Origin: Euryarchaeota archaeon TMED192
GTDB taxonomy: Archaea; Thermoplasmatota; Poseidoniia; Poseidoniales; Thalassarchaeaceae
Reading direction: 5' to 3'
NCBI GenBank assembly: GCA_002170775.2
Contig: NHIP02000014.1
Coordinates: 44,462-108,461, forward strand
DNA length: 64,000 bases
Shown here: positions 1 through 14,414 of the stretch, in pieces
How positions within the stretch are numbered: the stretch's first letter is position 1
Layout: every line of letters starts with the position of its first letter
Notes under the pieces: model-generated
The model's input: the letters and a program-made list of their open reading frames with translations, nothing else
What the model was told of the DNA's origin: nothing
Database searches by the model: none
Translations under genes and position numbers: made by a program

Positions 1-1356
1 GCCGTTGTCCGCGGTGAAGTAAAGGCTATCCTCCGCTACAGTGAGCTCTCTTGGGCTAGACCCCGCCCAGTCGGCGCAGCACACATTGATGCCCTGCGCC
101 TGTCCGGATTCCGTATCTGGATGTATGTTCTCCACGATCATGGTGCCGAGTTCAGTCCCATCGGACACCCACAGCTCCTCGCCGCTCATTTCCCAGTCCT
201 CGTAGGAATTCCAGTACGCTGCCATCGAGGAGAAGAAGACCTTGTCGCCAACAGCAGTGAGCTCTCGAGGGCCAGTATACCACGCTATGTTCTGACCTAC
301 GAAGGGTACTGATTGAGACAGGGTCTGGAAGAACATGCCGTCCTCTATCACCTGCTTGGTGCCCGATGCAGTCCCGTCCGACACCCAAAGCTCGTGATCC
401 GTGAAAGGTAGTTGTGAGTTGTTCCTGGCAAAGAAAAACAGTTTGTCGCCTGCGACGGTCAGTTCGGTTATGTCGCTGTCATCAGGCTCAGTTGTGCCCT
501 GGATGATGTTTATCCAACGCTCCTCCGGATTGACGTCCTTCACCATGTAGGTCCCGGATACCGTACCGTCCGAGCGCCAGAGCTCTTCTCCATGACTTCC
601 GTCATCAGCAGCGAAATAGGCAACGCCGCCCATTACAACCGGGTTTCTCGGCGCCGCGTCCCCCAGCCCCGGATTTATGTCTTTGACCATGCCAATGGGG
701 CCATTACAAATCCCCTCCCTGTGAGTGATTTCATCCCCGGCGATCCTTCCATCTATGTCTTGGGAACCGGTACCGTCATCGAATCCCAATTGAAATTCAT
801 GACCTTTGAGACCATACGGGCAACTATCCCATTTGTCGACAAGTTGGAATATCGGCCTTGAGATCGTGGTCTGCAATGCAGAAAGTGTGGATTGGAGCGT
901 TTGATAACTAGCTTGAAGCTCCTCAATCTGACCTTCACTCAATAGGAGGTCCACCTCCAATAAGGAGACTTCCTGATCCAGCAATGCCCTTTGTGATTCT
1001 AGTTGATCGATGTCTCCCTGGGATGTCGCGATTGTCTGGTTGAGCTGTTCTATTTGCACGTTGAGTGCCGTGATGTTGGCCTCGAGGACGACTCTTCGCT
1101 GGGTGGCCTGTTCGATCAATGCGCTCAACGACTCAATATCCGACTCTAGATTCTCCTGGGCCTCCAACAGAAGGAGATTCTCCTCAGAGACTCCGTCAGA
1201 TGTACTGTTGGCCTCGCTCCAGAGATCTTCTAACAGGTCGATTTGATCTTCAAGGTCGCTCATCTCGCTCCGATTCGATGCCTCGTTGTAAACTAGGCCA
1301 GCGCCAAGTGATGCAGTGAAGAATAGAGAAACAATCAGAAGGGCGCTCCGTGCCAT
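1..1356 (-). CDS. Membrane-anchored ELWxxDGT-repeat (beta-propeller) surface protein with coiled-coil stalk; 3' end runs off the window
   Basis: Not in the ORF track. Hand translation from ATG 1356 is open to base 1: hydrophobic N-terminus (MARSALLIVSLFFTASLGAGLVY), heptad-like L/E/Q-rich region, then repeats MVKDINPG..EELWRSDGT, HELWVSDGT, EELWVSDGT. Confidence 0.88.
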   Translation of the reverse strand, partial: MARSALLIVSLFFTASLGAGLVYNEASNRSEMSDLEDQIDLLEDLWSEANSTSDGVSEENLLLLEAQENLESDIESLSALIEQATQRRVVLEANITALNVQIEQLNQTIATSQGDIDQLESQRALLDQEVSLLEVDLLLSEGQIEELQASYQTLQSTLSALQTTISRPIFQLVDKWDSCPYGLKGHEFQLGFDDGTGSQDIDGRIAGDEITHREGICNGPIGMVKDINPGLGDAAPRNPVVMGGVAYFAADDGSHGEELWRSDGTVSGTYMVKDVNPEERWINIIQGTTEPDDSDITELTVAGDKLFFFARNNSQLPFTDHELWVSDGTASGTKQVIEDGMFFQTLSQSVPFVGQNIAWYTGPRELTAVGDKVFFSSMAAYWNSYEDWEMSGEELWVSDGTELGTMIVENIHPDTESGQAQGINVCCADWAGSSPRELTVAEDSLYFTADNG

Positions 1357-1393
1357 AGCGCGGGGAAGCGCACCCCAATCTTGTTTCTTTCCC

Positions 1394-2596
1394 CTACTGT
1401 TTCAATAATTCCAGTAGGGTAATTGTGAAGTCAGGATGTGTGGCTCCCACGCACTCATGTCCTAGAATCACCCCTCCAACACGACTTGCCAATGCGAGAG
1501 CAGTCATGGCCACGCGATGGTCGTTGTGCGTCTCTATTTTGGTTTCCGGACGAACCAATGCCTGCCTGCCTGGTACCTCCAGCATGCCCCCGTCTCTCGA
1601 ATAGGCAGCCATCCCAAAAGATGAGAGAAGCTCCACCGTAGTCTTAACTCTGTGCGATTCCTTACGACCAACATGCCCTATGCCCGTTATTGTCCCTCCC
1701 TCGCCTATCGCAAGAAGTGCGGCTGCAGGCGTAATCAGGTCGCTGGCATCAGACAGATCAAGGCTTTCCACATTGTTACTGTGTAGTGATTCTATAGCAT
1801 TCCCTAGAAGTTCGGATTCCAGGTGTACCGAGGATCTGAGATCGACACCGTGCAGCCTTTCCAGGAGCATGATCACTGGAACCAGGCTTCTCTCCGGAGG
1901 AACATCTACCCTTTCTGGCAGAACAATGTCCCATGGTCTGATGATGAGAAAATTTTCTGAAAACTCATTTTCAGATCCGGTTAGACTTGCAATCTTGTAA
2001 CTCAGATTGAGATATCCCCTGCTCACGGGCTTTCCGGTGATGCGCACGGTCAATTCCGCCCTCATCGATGGGGCTGCCATAAGGAGTGCTGAGAGCGGTT
2101 GACTTCCTTCCGACAGATCTAACTCGATATCTCCGGAATTCGCAGGACCAGATATACGCAAAGAACCGTCCTTCCAGCGTTTGCAATCGCAACCGATCGC
2201 CGAAAGAGCATTGGAAAGAATGTCGAATGGACGAGATCTAAGCGAGGAATCTCCTGTAATCGAAGTCTCCAGCGGGAGCGATGAGCATAGCGACATCAGC
2301 ATCCTGAGGCCAGTTCCTGAATTCCCTAGATCAAGACCCTCGCTGGCATGGATCGGGAATCCAACATCGGAAACTCCCACCCTTATCTTCCCATCCATAG
2401 TTTCTATTTTGCCGCCTAGCCTATTCAAGCTGGAAACAACATTTCTGACATCCTCTCCGATTTCACCTCGATGACAGATTTCCATTTTGCTTTGAGACTG
2501 CGAGGCCAACATTAGCCATCTTATGATGTGGCTCTTGGAAGCCGGAAGAGGCCAAGCCATGCCCTCGGCAATATTGGATTCGGGTAACTCGATCAC
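1394..2596 (-). CDS. aroA: 3-phosphoshikimate 1-carboxyvinyltransferase (EPSP synthase)
   Basis: Motifs PASKSHIIR, LGNSGTGLR, GDSSLRSRP, KESHRV, HNDHRVAM. Start moved to GTG 2596 to avoid overlap with the upstream gene (track start 2689). Confidence 0.9.
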   Translation of the reverse strand: MIELPESNIAEGMAWPLPASKSHIIRWLMLASQSQSKMEICHRGEIGEDVRNVVSSLNRLGGKIETMDGKIRVGVSDVGFPIHASEGLDLGNSGTGLRMLMSLCSSLPLETSITGDSSLRSRPFDILSNALSAIGCDCKRWKDGSLRISGPANSGDIELDLSEGSQPLSALLMAAPSMRAELTVRITGKPVSRGYLNLSYKIASLTGSENEFSENFLIIRPWDIVLPERVDVPPERSLVPVIMLLERLHGVDLRSSVHLESELLGNAIESLHSNNVESLDLSDASDLITPAAALLAIGEGGTITGIGHVGRKESHRVKTTVELLSSFGMAAYSRDGGMLEVPGRQALVRPETKIETHNDHRVAMTALALASRVGGVILGHECVGATHPDFTITLLELLKQ

Positions 2597-2603
2597 GACA
2601 CAC

Positions 2604-3491
2604 TCACGGGGACGAGTCGATTGAACCCTCGCTTCGAATCCAGTCCCCGAAGTCACTCGACCCGTCCCAGGAATCAGCCCTCTTGTCAATGATGCTCTTT
2701 TCCAGAGTCTCTTCCAGAGTCCCCGTCATTTTGACGAGGTTGTTTCTGTGTAGCAATTTTGGACTCAACCCGGGAAGCAGTATGGAGATGGCCCTCGGTA
2801 CCCTTCCAGGGTATACCTCATTCACGTGCCCAACTATGTTTGTGGTACAGGTATTGGTGATTGTATTGTACCATTCAGGGTCTTGGTTAAGTTTGTTGGT
2901 CCTCCTCAGATAGGATTCAAGCATCCTCCGCTCGTTCCCCGGACCCAGAACGACGGCTTCGAAGAGATGGGTCACCGACTTCTTCCTGCATCTTGTTCTG
3001 ACTCCGATAACATCTCTCTCAGTTGCCCAGACGTAGATTAACTCGTATTGGCGAAACATCCCCTTGATGGGGTGGTAGCGCTCTCCCTTCTCCCTTCGAA
3101 CCTCGATGGAACAGGCTAGCCTCTCTCCATCTTCAGTCTCGAAACTCATTATCGTATGAGCCATCTGTCTTTTCGAGGGATCAAAGTACTCCAAGGCGAA
3201 CCAGATCTTCGATATTTTGTTGAGATTTATCTTGACATCGATCCATCTTTCATCGAAGTCTCTTGTGCTTCTCCAATTGAAATCTCTGACGTTTCGAATC
3301 ATCACCTCATCACTATTGAAATGTGCAGTTGCCATCCTCTCATTGTCGTTGACCCATGATCTGTCGTTAGATGGTCTGAGGCTGAGATGCCTCATTGTTA
3401 GCCAAATCAGGAATGCTAATGCCAACGCGACCGTCAGCAGAATGGGCCAGGCTAAATCAACAGCAACTCCACTTGTTGGGCCGCCTTCCAT
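2604..3491 (-). CDS. DUF4105 / Lnb N-terminal-domain-like membrane-anchored protein (papain-like His/Cys)
   Basis: N-terminal TM helix, then NVRDFNWRS, AHTIMSF, SIEVRREKGE, YELIYVWATERD and WYNTITNTCTTNI, which I recognise as typical of DUF4105. Track start 3605 lies inside tRNA-Ser, so ATG 3491 is used. Confidence 0.8.
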   Translation of the reverse strand: MEGGPTSGVAVDLAWPILLTVALALAFLIWLTMRHLSLRPSNDRSWVNDNERMATAHFNSDEVMIRNVRDFNWRSTRDFDERWIDVKINLNKISKIWFALEYFDPSKRQMAHTIMSFETEDGERLACSIEVRREKGERYHPIKGMFRQYELIYVWATERDVIGVRTRCRKKSVTHLFEAVVLGPGNERRMLESYLRRTNKLNQDPEWYNTITNTCTTNIVGHVNEVYPGRVPRAISILLPGLSPKLLHRNNLVKMTGTLEETLEKSIIDKRADSWDGSSDFGDWIRSEGSIDSSP

Positions 3492-3541
3492 CAGTACCAC
3501 ATGGAAACCGTCGAGCGCATGAACCCTCCCTCGATATAACA

Positions 3542-3628
3542 TGGCGCGGCAGGGGAGATTCGAACTCCCGAGGTGAGACACCACTGGATTAGCAATCCAG
3601 CGCAATGGCCAGGCTATGCGACTGCCGC
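3542..3628 (-). tRNA. tRNA-Ser(GCT)
   Basis: Acceptor GCGGCAG/CTGCCGC, anticodon arm CTGGA-TT-GCT-AA-TCCAG, long variable arm, GTTCGAATC T-loop, encoded CCA. Confidence 0.97.
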
Positions 3629-3653
3629 AATGTTCCGGCGACCCAAGATTCCG

Positions 3654-3661
3654 GCTTAAGG
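3654..3661 (-). promoter_or_regulatory. Putative TATA-like box of tRNA-Ser
   Basis: CCTTAAGC on the minus strand about 26-33 nt upstream of the tRNA 5' end; position fits archaeal promoter spacing, sequence match is weak. Confidence 0.35.
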
Positions 3662-3674
3662 CGAGCGGTTGGAA

Positions 3675-8496
<4,822 letters not shown>

Positions 8497-8530
8497 TCAC
8501 GATTATACACGCGATTTCAACCCCAGACTC

Positions 8531-9328
8531 GTGGGTGCACCAAAAATCTGCGCGACACTAACCGGAACAACGGTTGAGGAGATGCTTGCAGATGCTTCTC
8601 TGGCAACTGTCGCCGGAGCAGATATGGTCGAAGCACGACTTGATATGCTCTACATGGAGGAAACTCCATTGCCCTCGGATTCAAACAATAACGATCAGAA
8701 TTCAAGATTCAGACATCCAGAAACCGTACTGACCCCTAGGAATGATCCCGACATAAATATCGACGAAGCCCTTTCTCTCCTAGAGGCAGGAATCGAGCTA
8801 CCGGTGGTGCTTACTTGTAGACCAATGCGGCAGGGAGGGTATTTCCCGGGTAATGAAGAAGAGCGATGCGCAATTTTGAGGAAAGCCATAGAATCAGGGG
8901 TTTCTTGGGTCGATCTTGAGACAGATATAGAGCCCAAGGTTCGCAGTGATTTGATTAAATTGGCAGGTAAGAAAACTAGCATCATTGCTTCTGTTCACTT
9001 TGACAGGGCCCCTGATGATTCCGATGAGGTTATTGAAAAAGTCAGAGATATGGCTAGTCATGGAGATTTAGTCAAGGTTTGTTACGAAACATCGGGGAAA
9101 CGCTCAGCATTGAAGCTGTTCGAGGCTGCATGGGAACTCAAGGAGGAAGATTTCGACTACACAATCATGGGTCTTGGGGAAGCAGGCGACTGGACGAGGA
9201 TACATGCACCAGCTGTCGGCATATCGGTCGTCTACACAACGAGCGAAACAGGTCCAAAATTGACTTCTTCAGGGAGAATAAACACTGTTGAACTCACAGG
9301 TGCATGGGAGATGCTCGACTACTCCTGA
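8531..9328 (+). CDS. aroD: Type I 3-dehydroquinate dehydratase
   Basis: KICATL, GADMVEARLD, LTCRPMRQGG, WVDLE, ASVH, Schiff-base DLVK, IMGLGEAGDWTR; carries a polar insertion after EARLD. Confidence 0.88.
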   Translation: MGAPKICATLTGTTVEEMLADASLATVAGADMVEARLDMLYMEETPLPSDSNNNDQNSRFRHPETVLTPRNDPDINIDEALSLLEAGIELPVVLTCRPMRQGGYFPGNEEERCAILRKAIESGVSWVDLETDIEPKVRSDLIKLAGKKTSIIASVHFDRAPDDSDEVIEKVRDMASHGDLVKVCYETSGKRSALKLFEAAWELKEEDFDYTIMGLGEAGDWTRIHAPAVGISVVYTTSETGPKLTSSGRINTVELTGAWEMLDYS

Positions 9329-10242
9329 GCAACTTCTTGAGACGCATCTTCCCGAGACCATTTGCCCCCTGTGTCTCCCTCAACTAGAGGCATGGATCTG
9401 CCATACTCTTCCTTTGACTCATTGCCCTCCTTCCATCCGTGAAATCTGGAATGGAGAACTGCAGGCACGATGATCAAGAGAATGGGGGGCAAACATACCA
9501 ATGCATATGCCGTGATGGCTGGGAGCATTACACGCTCCTCCACTTCGACAGTGACCTCTGCGATTAGCCCCATACCTTCATGCGGCTGGTTACCCGGTCT
9601 GGAAGAGTTCCAATTGTCGAGAACAAGGTACATGTTTGCATCTGCCCCTTCCCCCCACCAGTCGATGTACGCTGTTTGATCTGAATCTATGGAGGTAGTG
9701 AACTCAATCTGCTGAACACGCTCATAGGCGTGAACGTCCCTGAAAGGCAGCCACGTTGCCATATCCCTCCATTCCAGGGGTATCGAGTCCAACGCTTCTT
9801 GCATCCCCTCGAATCTGGTGTCATAGTCCAATTTGTAGATGTCGAAGTCAGTATCCGCAAGCAGATAGACATCCCCGATAGGTGGTGACCCATCCGTTAT
9901 TTCGGTGGGATCCAGATAATACGTGACGCAGAATCGATATCTGTAACCTTTGACCAACTCCATTCTCAGGGCCATGGCATCATCAGTTGGAACCAAGACC
10001 TCTGCATAGATGTCCTCTGATAGGGGACTTAGATCGAATTCCCCATATCCTAATCCCCAGCCTTCGTCGGCCTCACCATCAAATATAGGGTAGCCGCCTG
10101 CATCCACGATCTCGACCTGTGTCGAATTGGCGCCTTGATCCGGTGCGACTGAGCACGAAGACTGCTGGCCATTTGCCCCGTTGATGGGCACAAATCCCAC
10201 CGAAAGCAGGATGAACACGACAGATGTTGCATATGCCTTCAT
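9319..10242 (-). CDS. Hypothetical exported protein with C-terminal TM anchor
   Basis: Signal-peptide-like N-terminus, acidic beta-rich body (MYLVLDNWN), C-terminal TM (AYALVCLPPILLIIVPAVL). GGTGAGG SD overlaps the upstream stop. Confidence 0.75.
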   Translation of the reverse strand: MKAYATSVVFILLSVGFVPINGANGQQSSCSVAPDQGANSTQVEIVDAGGYPIFDGEADEGWGLGYGEFDLSPLSEDIYAEVLVPTDDAMALRMELVKGYRYRFCVTYYLDPTEITDGSPPIGDVYLLADTDFDIYKLDYDTRFEGMQEALDSIPLEWRDMATWLPFRDVHAYERVQQIEFTTSIDSDQTAYIDWWGEGADANMYLVLDNWNSSRPGNQPHEGMGLIAEVTVEVEERVMLPAITAYALVCLPPILLIIVPAVLHSRFHGWKEGNESKEEYGRSMPLVEGDTGGKWSREDASQEVAQE

Positions 10243-10246
10243 TGCC

Positions 10247-13200
10247 TCACCTTCTAGAGCGTACGGGACGTATGTATCCCGATTCCTCGTCTCTTCGGTC
10301 CTCTATGGTCAGATACTTCGGCTGAGGCGGTGCTGTGTGCTGATCCATGCCCTGGAGGCCGCCCTCGCGCTTCACTTCAGGCACGCCAAAGGTTTGATCG
10401 AACTCATCAGCTTCCAATTCTTCATCGTCCTTTTGCCTCAGTATCATCCACCAAAGAATGGCGAGCAGCGATACTAGAGCGAGAAGCCCAATATTTTCTT
10501 CTGAGGGGACGAAGTCTTCGAGAGTCAACTCTCCAAGTGACTTCGGAGTATCGGATTGTTGGTCCGTGTACACGGTGACAATGAAAATTCTGTCAACGCA
10601 TATGTCCACTCCGTCACATACTCTCAGAAGGACCTGGCGCTCACCGACTTCAGACCATGAAGCATCCGACCACTCGAAATCATTGGATGCATCGCCATCC
10701 CCGTCCTCGTCAAGAAGGATGTCCGTATCCCAGAACGACTCAAGCTCGCCCGTCAGCAGCCATTGCCTGTCATTCGAAACAGACCCATCCCCATCACTGT
10801 CCACAAAGGCGTCTTTGTCTAGCCATGCCACGATTCCAGATTCAAGATCTGGATCGAAGAATGTAGCCGATATGTCAACTGAATCGCCAACCGTAATCTG
10901 ATCAGTGTTCACTATGCTCTGGGCAGGAATCACAGGTGCCTCGGACACGGTCACTAAGATCGTAGTGCTTTGGACATCACCTGTAAGGAAACCATCTCTT
11001 ACTGTTAGTGTTACGATGTAATCTCCTGGTTGGGCCCATGAGTGCCATGCGGTCGCACCTTCCTGAATTGGACTCCCATCTCCGAAATCCCAATACCAAT
11101 CAACAATGCCAGTCCACTCGGGAGATTCAGGATCGATAGAGGTACCATTTTCGAACTCAACATCTCCATCTATGCTACTCCTTCCATCCAAGAAAAGAGG
11201 CTGCTCGGGCGCCAGGAAAATCCCACCCTCGGTCGTGTGGGGAACCATCCAAATTACCGAGGGATCATCCGTATCCACAGTCTCTAGGAACGGATTGTCA
11301 CCATCCGTTGCAATTCTAGCCTCTATTTCAGGTATGGGCTGGGGATTTGAGATCTCTATCGTATAGGTCTTGACTCCAGACTCTTCGCCGAGATTGTCGA
11401 ATACTACGAGGGATACTGAATAGGTGCCCGGGTCATCGAAGGTGTAGAAGACTGTTGAAATATTTTCAATAGTCGCTCCTTCTATAGTCCACAGGTAAGA
11501 AAGATCTCCTGCAAACCCATCGGGATCATAGCTAGATGTCGCGTCAAAGATGTACTCCTGTCCAGATTCTCCGTCCATTGGCCGACTTAGAACAGCTAGA
11601 GGACGCTGATTGAGGACTAGAACATTGAATGTATGTGCTGTTCGATTCCCATCATTGTCTTCAACCTCTAAAGTCACATTCTTCATGCCAGGGGTCTTCC
11701 AAGCAACTCTTGGATTGGAGAGGTCAGAACTCGTCTGCGTAAAGTCCGAACCAAGTGACAGCGATGAACCGCCTATGTTGACTCCATCCCCATCATCACC
11801 AGTTTCGAATGACCATGACCAAGAGACTATCACCCCGTCAACGTCCTCAAAAATATCAGGGAGAATCATTGGAGTTAGTGTGAATGTCTGCAATGGCTGG
11901 TCGAGAATCAGTGACGGAGCACGATTCAATATTGTGATGAGATAATCTGACCTCACTCTGTGGATTCCATCGTCCACAGTCAGTCCGAGAGTATACACTG
12001 TGCCATCCGAATCCCCATCATTCCAAGCGTGGCTTGTTTCAGTCAGGCCGATTCCGGACTCGACCTGCCCGTCTCCCCAGTCCCATTCAAACCAAAGAAG
12101 GTCAAGAGGCACGTTGTCCTCTGTCTGACGAGATGAGAATGCAACTCTTTGCCCGGTGAGGAGAGAAATCCCTTCTCCGATCGATAACCCCTCTATCGAA
12201 ATTTCAGGCAGCGGGTCAGAGGAATCATTCACAAAAATATCCCATGTGACGATATCTGAATCTGCCAGTCCTTGATCTGTAACGAGAAGTGTGACTGTGT
12301 AGTTACCATTCTCAGTGTATGAGTGGTAGGGATTCTTCAAGGTCGAAGATGCCCCATCGCCGAAATCCCAGGCGTATGCTGCAGGGGGTTCAATGTTTGA
12401 GTATGTGCCATTTTGAAGACCGATCCCCCATTCGTCGGTCCCCGATCCGAAGAATGCAATTTGCAGCCAGGGCTGTGTGTCGATTGTGGAAGAAGATCCA
12501 GATGCTGATGGCATCATATTGGAAAGATTTTGTTGATATCCCAGTGCTTGGTCTACTTCCAATCCTTCTCCATTAATGAGACTCAGCCTGAATGTCCAGT
12601 CTCCGTCCGAGGGGGGTGTGAACCAGAATCGCCCTTCCACTGGAACGCTGTTTCCTGCAATCATCTTGTTAGTGGAACTAGACACTACTTCGCCATCGGA
12701 GTCTATTGCCTCGATCAAGACGTCAACGCGTTCATAGAATGCCTGGGAAAGAACCTGATATCCCATTTCTACGGCGTCATCATTGCCATTGCCATCTCGA
12801 TCGAATGTGGTGGATTCCGATATGCTAATTTCTGCGGGATCAGTTATGAGTTGAGCAAATACCTCCATGGAGGCTGTCGGATACCCTTCTGGCGGCAGAG
12901 GGCCACAACTTGCATATGCATAGTCGCAATCTCCAATAGAACTCTCAAATCTTACAATCACCCAAACATCATCAACATCCCCTCCGAATGATTGGACTAA
13001 TCCCAAGAGATCTGAAGTAGTCGGGTCCACAATCATATTCGTTATTGACCAGGTCCCAGTCGAGGAGTCTCGTTGAAGAAGGGATCCCATGAAGCCCGAT
13101 TCAGACGTATTCACTCTGATACTCAACTGTGCACCAGTGCCTCCTGTGTATCTATATGCACGAATACCCCATCCCTCGATTTCCTGTATGCCACTTGTGG

Positions 13201-14344
13201 CCGTTTCCGACCATGTATCATTGAAACCGCTGTATTGTACTCGGCATATAGTGCTCGAACAACCGAATGCCAGATCAAGATTGCTGAAACCAAGCCCTAG
13301 CTGGTTACTATCCAGGGTTGCAGCGGCCGAGAAATTGGCAAAGATATCCGAGAATGTCGTACCAATGGGCGTCGCGCCCGGCTCCGGAGCAAGCGCGAGA
13401 TTGACTATGCCCTGGCTTCCTTTTGCTGAGTCAGCGATAAGCCGTTGGAAAGCGTTCGAACCCCCCATGGTATCTACGACGTATAGCATCATAAGGAAAC
13501 CAGCACCATAGTCTCCATTTCTCTGATTCCACCATCTCACAGACATGTTGGACGACTCTGTCCAGCCATTGGCATGCCCGACCAAGGTATTAGTCAGTCC
13601 AAATGTCAAATATGCCGCCATGTCAGCCGCCCCCTCATCGATCCAAATGTACTCTCCCGGGTCTCTTGCAGAATGCAAAAGATGTGCAAACTCATGTGAT
13701 ATGATCGTATTTCTCCAAGAGAGGTCTTCCGAATCCATGAAGATTATCTCCCTGCCTGAAGACATTGATGGATTGAAGTAGCCACCAATCCCCCCTCCGC
13801 CATCGATTGAGAGAATCAGAAGCTCTACTGTGCAGGTTTCATCAATATCTGGAATAGATCCAAAGTAAGATGTGACAGTTGGTTGAATGGTATTATCCCA
13901 TGTAGTTGAGATATCATTCAGAGTTGTTGCTGGAATAGATACTCCAACTTCAACTAATATGGCTATGCCTGATCCGACCTTTGCTACAATTGCATCAGTG
14001 GATTCGCTACCTTGGTTGATTGTAACAGAATCACCTTCCTGATGCGCATTGGCACAAGACCGTATTTGGGACCTTGAATTTGTGATGCTTAGAGCGTCAA
14101 CGCGCCCAGGGAACCCCTCATCGATCCATTGCGTCTTGAGCGGTATGTATCCAGAAGAAATCCCAGACCCGGTTCCAGGATAGTATCGACCATTCTCATG
14201 AGCCTTCGACGCCTCCTCTGGTTGATGGGTCACAGGCTCTTCAAAAACCGCTGTAGATATGGGGGCAAATAGTGAGGACGTTAGTAGGATTAACACCAAA
14301 ACAAATGGCGGTGTTTTGTTCCGATGTCGATAACTTGTCAGCAC
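10247..14344 (-). CDS. Membrane-anchored zinc metallopeptidase (HExxH, MA clan) with multiple PKD domains
   Basis: Signal peptide; ISHEFAHLLH plus WIDEGAAD third ligand; PKD motifs (YAWDFGDG, EWDWGDG, YWDFGDG); DxDGDG Ca-binding loops; C-terminal TM. AAGGAGG SD before the GTG start. Confidence 0.85.
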   Translation of the reverse strand: MLTSYRHRNKTPPFVLVLILLTSSLFAPISTAVFEEPVTHQPEEASKAHENGRYYPGTGSGISSGYIPLKTQWIDEGFPGRVDALSITNSRSQIRSCANAHQEGDSVTINQGSESTDAIVAKVGSGIAILVEVGVSIPATTLNDISTTWDNTIQPTVTSYFGSIPDIDETCTVELLILSIDGGGGIGGYFNPSMSSGREIIFMDSEDLSWRNTIISHEFAHLLHSARDPGEYIWIDEGAADMAAYLTFGLTNTLVGHANGWTESSNMSVRWWNQRNGDYGAGFLMMLYVVDTMGGSNAFQRLIADSAKGSQGIVNLALAPEPGATPIGTTFSDIFANFSAAATLDSNQLGLGFSNLDLAFGCSSTICRVQYSGFNDTWSETATSGIQEIEGWGIRAYRYTGGTGAQLSIRVNTSESGFMGSLLQRDSSTGTWSITNMIVDPTTSDLLGLVQSFGGDVDDVWVIVRFESSIGDCDYAYASCGPLPPEGYPTASMEVFAQLITDPAEISISESTTFDRDGNGNDDAVEMGYQVLSQAFYERVDVLIEAIDSDGEVVSSSTNKMIAGNSVPVEGRFWFTPPSDGDWTFRLSLINGEGLEVDQALGYQQNLSNMMPSASGSSSTIDTQPWLQIAFFGSGTDEWGIGLQNGTYSNIEPPAAYAWDFGDGASSTLKNPYHSYTENGNYTVTLLVTDQGLADSDIVTWDIFVNDSSDPLPEISIEGLSIGEGISLLTGQRVAFSSRQTEDNVPLDLLWFEWDWGDGQVESGIGLTETSHAWNDGDSDGTVYTLGLTVDDGIHRVRSDYLITILNRAPSLILDQPLQTFTLTPMILPDIFEDVDGVIVSWSWSFETGDDGDGVNIGGSSLSLGSDFTQTSSDLSNPRVAWKTPGMKNVTLEVEDNDGNRTAHTFNVLVLNQRPLAVLSRPMDGESGQEYIFDATSSYDPDGFAGDLSYLWTIEGATIENISTVFYTFDDPGTYSVSLVVFDNLGEESGVKTYTIEISNPQPIPEIEARIATDGDNPFLETVDTDDPSVIWMVPHTTEGGIFLAPEQPLFLDGRSSIDGDVEFENGTSIDPESPEWTGIVDWYWDFGDGSPIQEGATAWHSWAQPGDYIVTLTVRDGFLTGDVQSTTILVTVSEAPVIPAQSIVNTDQITVGDSVDISATFFDPDLESGIVAWLDKDAFVDSDGDGSVSNDRQWLLTGELESFWDTDILLDEDGDGDASNDFEWSDASWSEVGERQVLLRVCDGVDICVDRIFIVTVYTDQQSDTPKSLGELTLEDFVPSEENIGLLALVSLLAILWWMILRQKDDEELEADEFDQTFGVPEVKREGGLQGMDQHTAPPQPKYLTIEDRRDEESGYIRPVRSRR

Positions 14345-14414
14345 ACCGCCTCCTTACAGCATTTCATACCTCTACAGGCGACTTTTAACATCGATGGAGC
14401 GTCGTTCGGACGTT

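Noticed and set aside
640..680. Apparent frameshift in the ELWxxDGT gene at a G/C run
   Set aside because: Recounting the run gives an intact frame (NPGLGDAAPRNPVV).
3492..3605. N-terminal extension of the track ORF 2604..3605
   Set aside because: It overlaps tRNA-Ser; a downstream ATG precedes the TM helix.
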